Assembly (NCBI GenBank): GCA_027024255.1
Contig: JALVSQ010000011.1
Location: 1 to 46,366, forward strand
Length of the DNA: 46,366 bases
Source: Candidatus Micrarchaeota archaeon
GTDB taxonomy: Archaea; Micrarchaeota; Micrarchaeia; Anstonellales; J096
Reading direction: 5' to 3'
Positions 43,371 to 46,366 of the stretch are shown here, piece by piece (the stretch's first letter is position 1; every line of letters begins with the position of its first letter). The notes beneath the pieces are model-generated. The model saw nothing but the letters and a program-made list of their open reading frames with translations, was not told where the DNA came from and made no database searches. Made by a program: the position numbers and the translations under genes.

Positions 43371-44597
43371 ATGTCAAAAAAGGATGCCTTAAAAATTTAC
43401 AGAGAGGCTGTCAGGAGTGTAAAGATAAAAAACCTGATTAAAAAGATAAAGTGGAAAAACAACATATTGAAGGTTAATAACGTAAAAATAAATGCAAAAA
43501 AGACTCATTTATTTGCCACTGGCAAGGCATCAAATGAATTTGTCAGGGAATTCACGAAAAGATTCAAAAGTAAAGTCCTCGGGGGAGTAGCTATTGGATT
43601 AAAAAGAGAAAAAATAGGTTGTGTTAAGATTCTTAAAGGAGATCACCCTCTACCTGGTAAAAATACAATTAACGCAACAAAGGAACTGTTGAATTATGCT
43701 CAAAAACTCAGAAAAGATGATTTTTACATCTTCTTTATCTCAGGAGGAAGCTCAGCAATGTTTGAAAAACCAATCAAAGGCATAAGCTTAGATGAAATAA
43801 GGGAAGCAACAGATGTATTGATGAAGAAAGGAGCGAATATAGATGAATTAAACACAGTAAGAAAGTATTTATCATGTGTAAAGGGTGGAAAATTAGCAAA
43901 TGTGATAAAAGCAAAGGGTATTGCCTTAGTACTTTCCGATGTAATAGGTAACAAATTAGACGTGATTGGTTCAGGACCCTTGCATGGAGACAAATCAAAA
44001 GTAAGAGATGCAGTCAGAATATTGAAAAAGTATGGATTGAAGACCATTGCCAAAAAAATCAAAAAGTTAAAGGATAATCCTACAAGGACTGATGTAAAGC
44101 ACATAATATTAGGGGATAACACCATTATGCTGAACAAAGCCAGAGATGTGGCAAAGAAACTTGGCTACAAACCTATTGTTTTAACAAACTCAATGAGAGG
44201 AGAAGCAAGAGAAATCGCAAAGTTAATTGTAAGCATAGCAGAGTACAGAAAAGAAACATGTTTCCTGTTAGCTGGAGAAACAACAGTAACTGTAAAAGGA
44301 AAAGGTAGAGGGGGGAGATGTTTAGAAATGGCTCTCTCAGCCTTAAAAGAATTAAAAGAAGGTATGGTATTTTTAGCAGGAAGCAGTGATGGAAAAGATG
44401 GGAAAAGCAAATATGCGGGAGCTGTTGTGGATTGGAAAGATAGAATTGATGAGGATAAATACTTAAAGAAGAATGATTCAGAAAGGGGTATTGAGCTATT
44501 GAATGCAGGAATTCCTGCAAAACCCACAGGAACGAATGTTATGGATTTAGTTGTTTTATTAAAGAAAAAGGTAAAAGGTCGAGGAAGTAAGAGATAA
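43371..44597 (+). CDS. glycerate 2-kinase (MOFRL / DUF4147 family)
   Basis: GKASNEF, GDHPLPG, FFISGGSSAMFE, LSCVKGGKLA, VLSDVIGN...IGSGP, GETTVTVKGKGRGGRCLE, SDGKDG. The ATG at 43371 is preferred over the track start at 43338. Confidence 0.8.
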   Translation: MSKKDALKIYREAVRSVKIKNLIKKIKWKNNILKVNNVKINAKKTHLFATGKASNEFVREFTKRFKSKVLGGVAIGLKREKIGCVKILKGDHPLPGKNTINATKELLNYAQKLRKDDFYIFFISGGSSAMFEKPIKGISLDEIREATDVLMKKGANIDELNTVRKYLSCVKGGKLANVIKAKGIALVLSDVIGNKLDVIGSGPLHGDKSKVRDAVRILKKYGLKTIAKKIKKLKDNPTRTDVKHIILGDNTIMLNKARDVAKKLGYKPIVLTNSMRGEAREIAKLIVSIAEYRKETCFLLAGETTVTVKGKGRGGRCLEMALSALKELKEGMVFLAGSSDGKDGKSKYAGAVVDWKDRIDEDKYLKKNDSERGIELLNAGIPAKPTGTNVMDLVVLLKKKVKGRGSKR

Positions 44598-45897
44598 TCA
44601 AAGCAGACAAAGGGATTATAACAAGAGCGAACAGAAAAGTAAATAAGTCTCTAACCTCTGGAAGCGCAAGGGAGATAAGATAAAGGAGGAGGATAAATAA
44701 TATGAATTTTTTTACAATTGAAAATAATTTCATGTTAATCTCTTTATTTGAAATGTAAAAGATAAGCAAAGAGAGTAAGGTGCGAACCACTACAATAAAT
44801 AGTGCTATGTAAAAAAGGTTAAAGTTAAGCCCGGCAAAAACAAGAGCAAGCAAATACACAACAGCAGATAAAGACCTGAGTTTTGAGTAAAGCGTGATCC
44901 TATTAGAGCCGACAAGCAAGATATATGAAAAATAATTCAACAAAAACTCAAAACCCAAAAAACATAAAACAGAAAGAAGAATTCCTGAAGCAGAGTAAGA
45001 AGGATAAATAGATTTTATAATAAAGTACGCTGTCTTATTTGCTATAAGCACAGCAATTGAAATAAACAAAAAAGCAAGCTTTACAAAATTTTTAAGTATA
45101 ACCTCAAAGTTTTCAGATGTAGCGTGGAAAACAGTTAAAACCTTATGGGAGAAGGGCATTATAAACTGGAAACCTGATGCCCAGAGAATTGCAAGTTTAT
45201 AAAATGAAACCTCTTTTATGCTCAAGAAAAGTCCTAAAACAATAACATCAAAGTAAAGGAAAACTGCATCAACAAGTTCAAGAATAAACCCAGATTTTAC
45301 ATGCTCCTTTATCTCTTCTGTCAAGTGAAATCCTTTTATGTAGCTCTTAGCCATGAACAAGCCTAAAACAAATGCTAAGAAAGAGGGGATTAAAAAGCCG
45401 TAGGCAATACCTATTAATCCAAAACTTAAAAGAAATAAAGATGATAACTTGCCAAAGTGATTTATAACTTGAATCATAAGTCCTTTGAATGCTTTTTTTA
45501 ACGCAATAAAAGCACTTTCAAAGAAGAATGCAAATGTTGTAAAAAACAAAGCAAAACTTCCTACCCTGACTAAATCAGAGAGCAAAGGTTGATTGTAAAT
45601 AGAGGCAATCAAATCAGATGAGTAGAAAAAAGCTCCGCATAACAATAAAGATATGAAAAGCCTGAGATAAAACAAGGTTGAAAAATAGCCTTGGTTTTTA
45701 GCAATCAAAACAGTTGTCGGCATTATTCCAAAGTCAAATATAAATGTCAAAGCAGAAAAAAGAGTTAAGAAGATAGCAATGATTCCATAATCATTGACAT
45801 CAAGCAATAAAGGGAGGAGAAGAGTTAATATTACGCTTGGTAAAAAGAACGAGAGCTGACTCAACATTCCGTATATGTTCTCCTTAATTAATTTCAT
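44539..45897 (-). CDS. polysaccharide/oligosaccharide flippase (MOP/Wzx-like)
   Basis: About 12-14 TM segments with MOP-like organisation. The ATG at 45897 (MKLIKENIYG) is preferred; the track start TTG 45921 overlaps serS. Confidence 0.65.
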   Translation of the reverse strand: MKLIKENIYGMLSQLSFFLPSVILTLLLPLLLDVNDYGIIAIFLTLFSALTFIFDFGIMPTTVLIAKNQGYFSTLFYLRLFISLLLCGAFFYSSDLIASIYNQPLLSDLVRVGSFALFFTTFAFFFESAFIALKKAFKGLMIQVINHFGKLSSLFLLSFGLIGIAYGFLIPSFLAFVLGLFMAKSYIKGFHLTEEIKEHVKSGFILELVDAVFLYFDVIVLGLFLSIKEVSFYKLAILWASGFQFIMPFSHKVLTVFHATSENFEVILKNFVKLAFLFISIAVLIANKTAYFIIKSIYPSYSASGILLSVLCFLGFEFLLNYFSYILLVGSNRITLYSKLRSLSAVVYLLALVFAGLNFNLFYIALFIVVVRTLLSLLIFYISNKEINMKLFSIVKKFILFILLLYLISLALPEVRDLFTFLFALVIIPLSALIISYFLDLLPFSLIKQLNP

Positions 45898-45907
45898 TAA
45901 TTCCTCC

Positions 45908-46366
<459 letters not shown>

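Overview
This is a compact (about 95% coding), AT-rich archaeal chromosome segment. Its structural RNAs are strongly GC-rich, which suggests a thermophile with a streamlined genome, possibly DPANN/Nanoarchaeota-like. I can support 44 protein-coding genes (two of them cut by the window edges), one frameshifted TrmB-family pseudogene, 5 tRNAs (two with introns) and an SRP (7S) RNA.

Recognisable content:
- Replication and repair: UPF0147-DP1-DP2 (PolD) operon, RFC large subunit, Rad50, SMC, a Y-family polymerase and a DHH phosphoesterase.
- Translation: ValRS, SerRS (partial) and the tRNAs.
- Metabolism and transport: a sucrose-phosphorylase-like GH13 gene fused into an operon with an anion-type ABC importer; archaeal SAM synthetase; GGPP synthase; SufC-SufS; glycerate 2-kinase.
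- Envelope: glycosylation and surface proteins.

There are no CRISPR arrays, transposases or integrases.

The most interesting signals are at the RNA and architecture level:
1. A tRNA-Ile with a genomically encoded UAU anticodon and a textbook bulge-helix-bulge (BHB) intron.
2. An elongator tRNA-Met intron with a box D'/C'-like pair and a 9-nt guide that places wobble C34 at the N+5 position.
3. A scar of inverted and direct partial tRNA-Leu copies next to the frameshifted TrmB regulator.
4. A 63-nt structured direct repeat, exactly 1100 bp apart, bracketing an archaeal-ATPase (DUF234-type) gene beside the SRP RNA.
5. A C-terminally short RFC large subunit translationally coupled to an unknown ORF that ends in a PIP-like motif.
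6. Eight of nine convergent gene pairs overlap at their 3' ends.

All family assignments come from motif recognition by eye. No database search was run.
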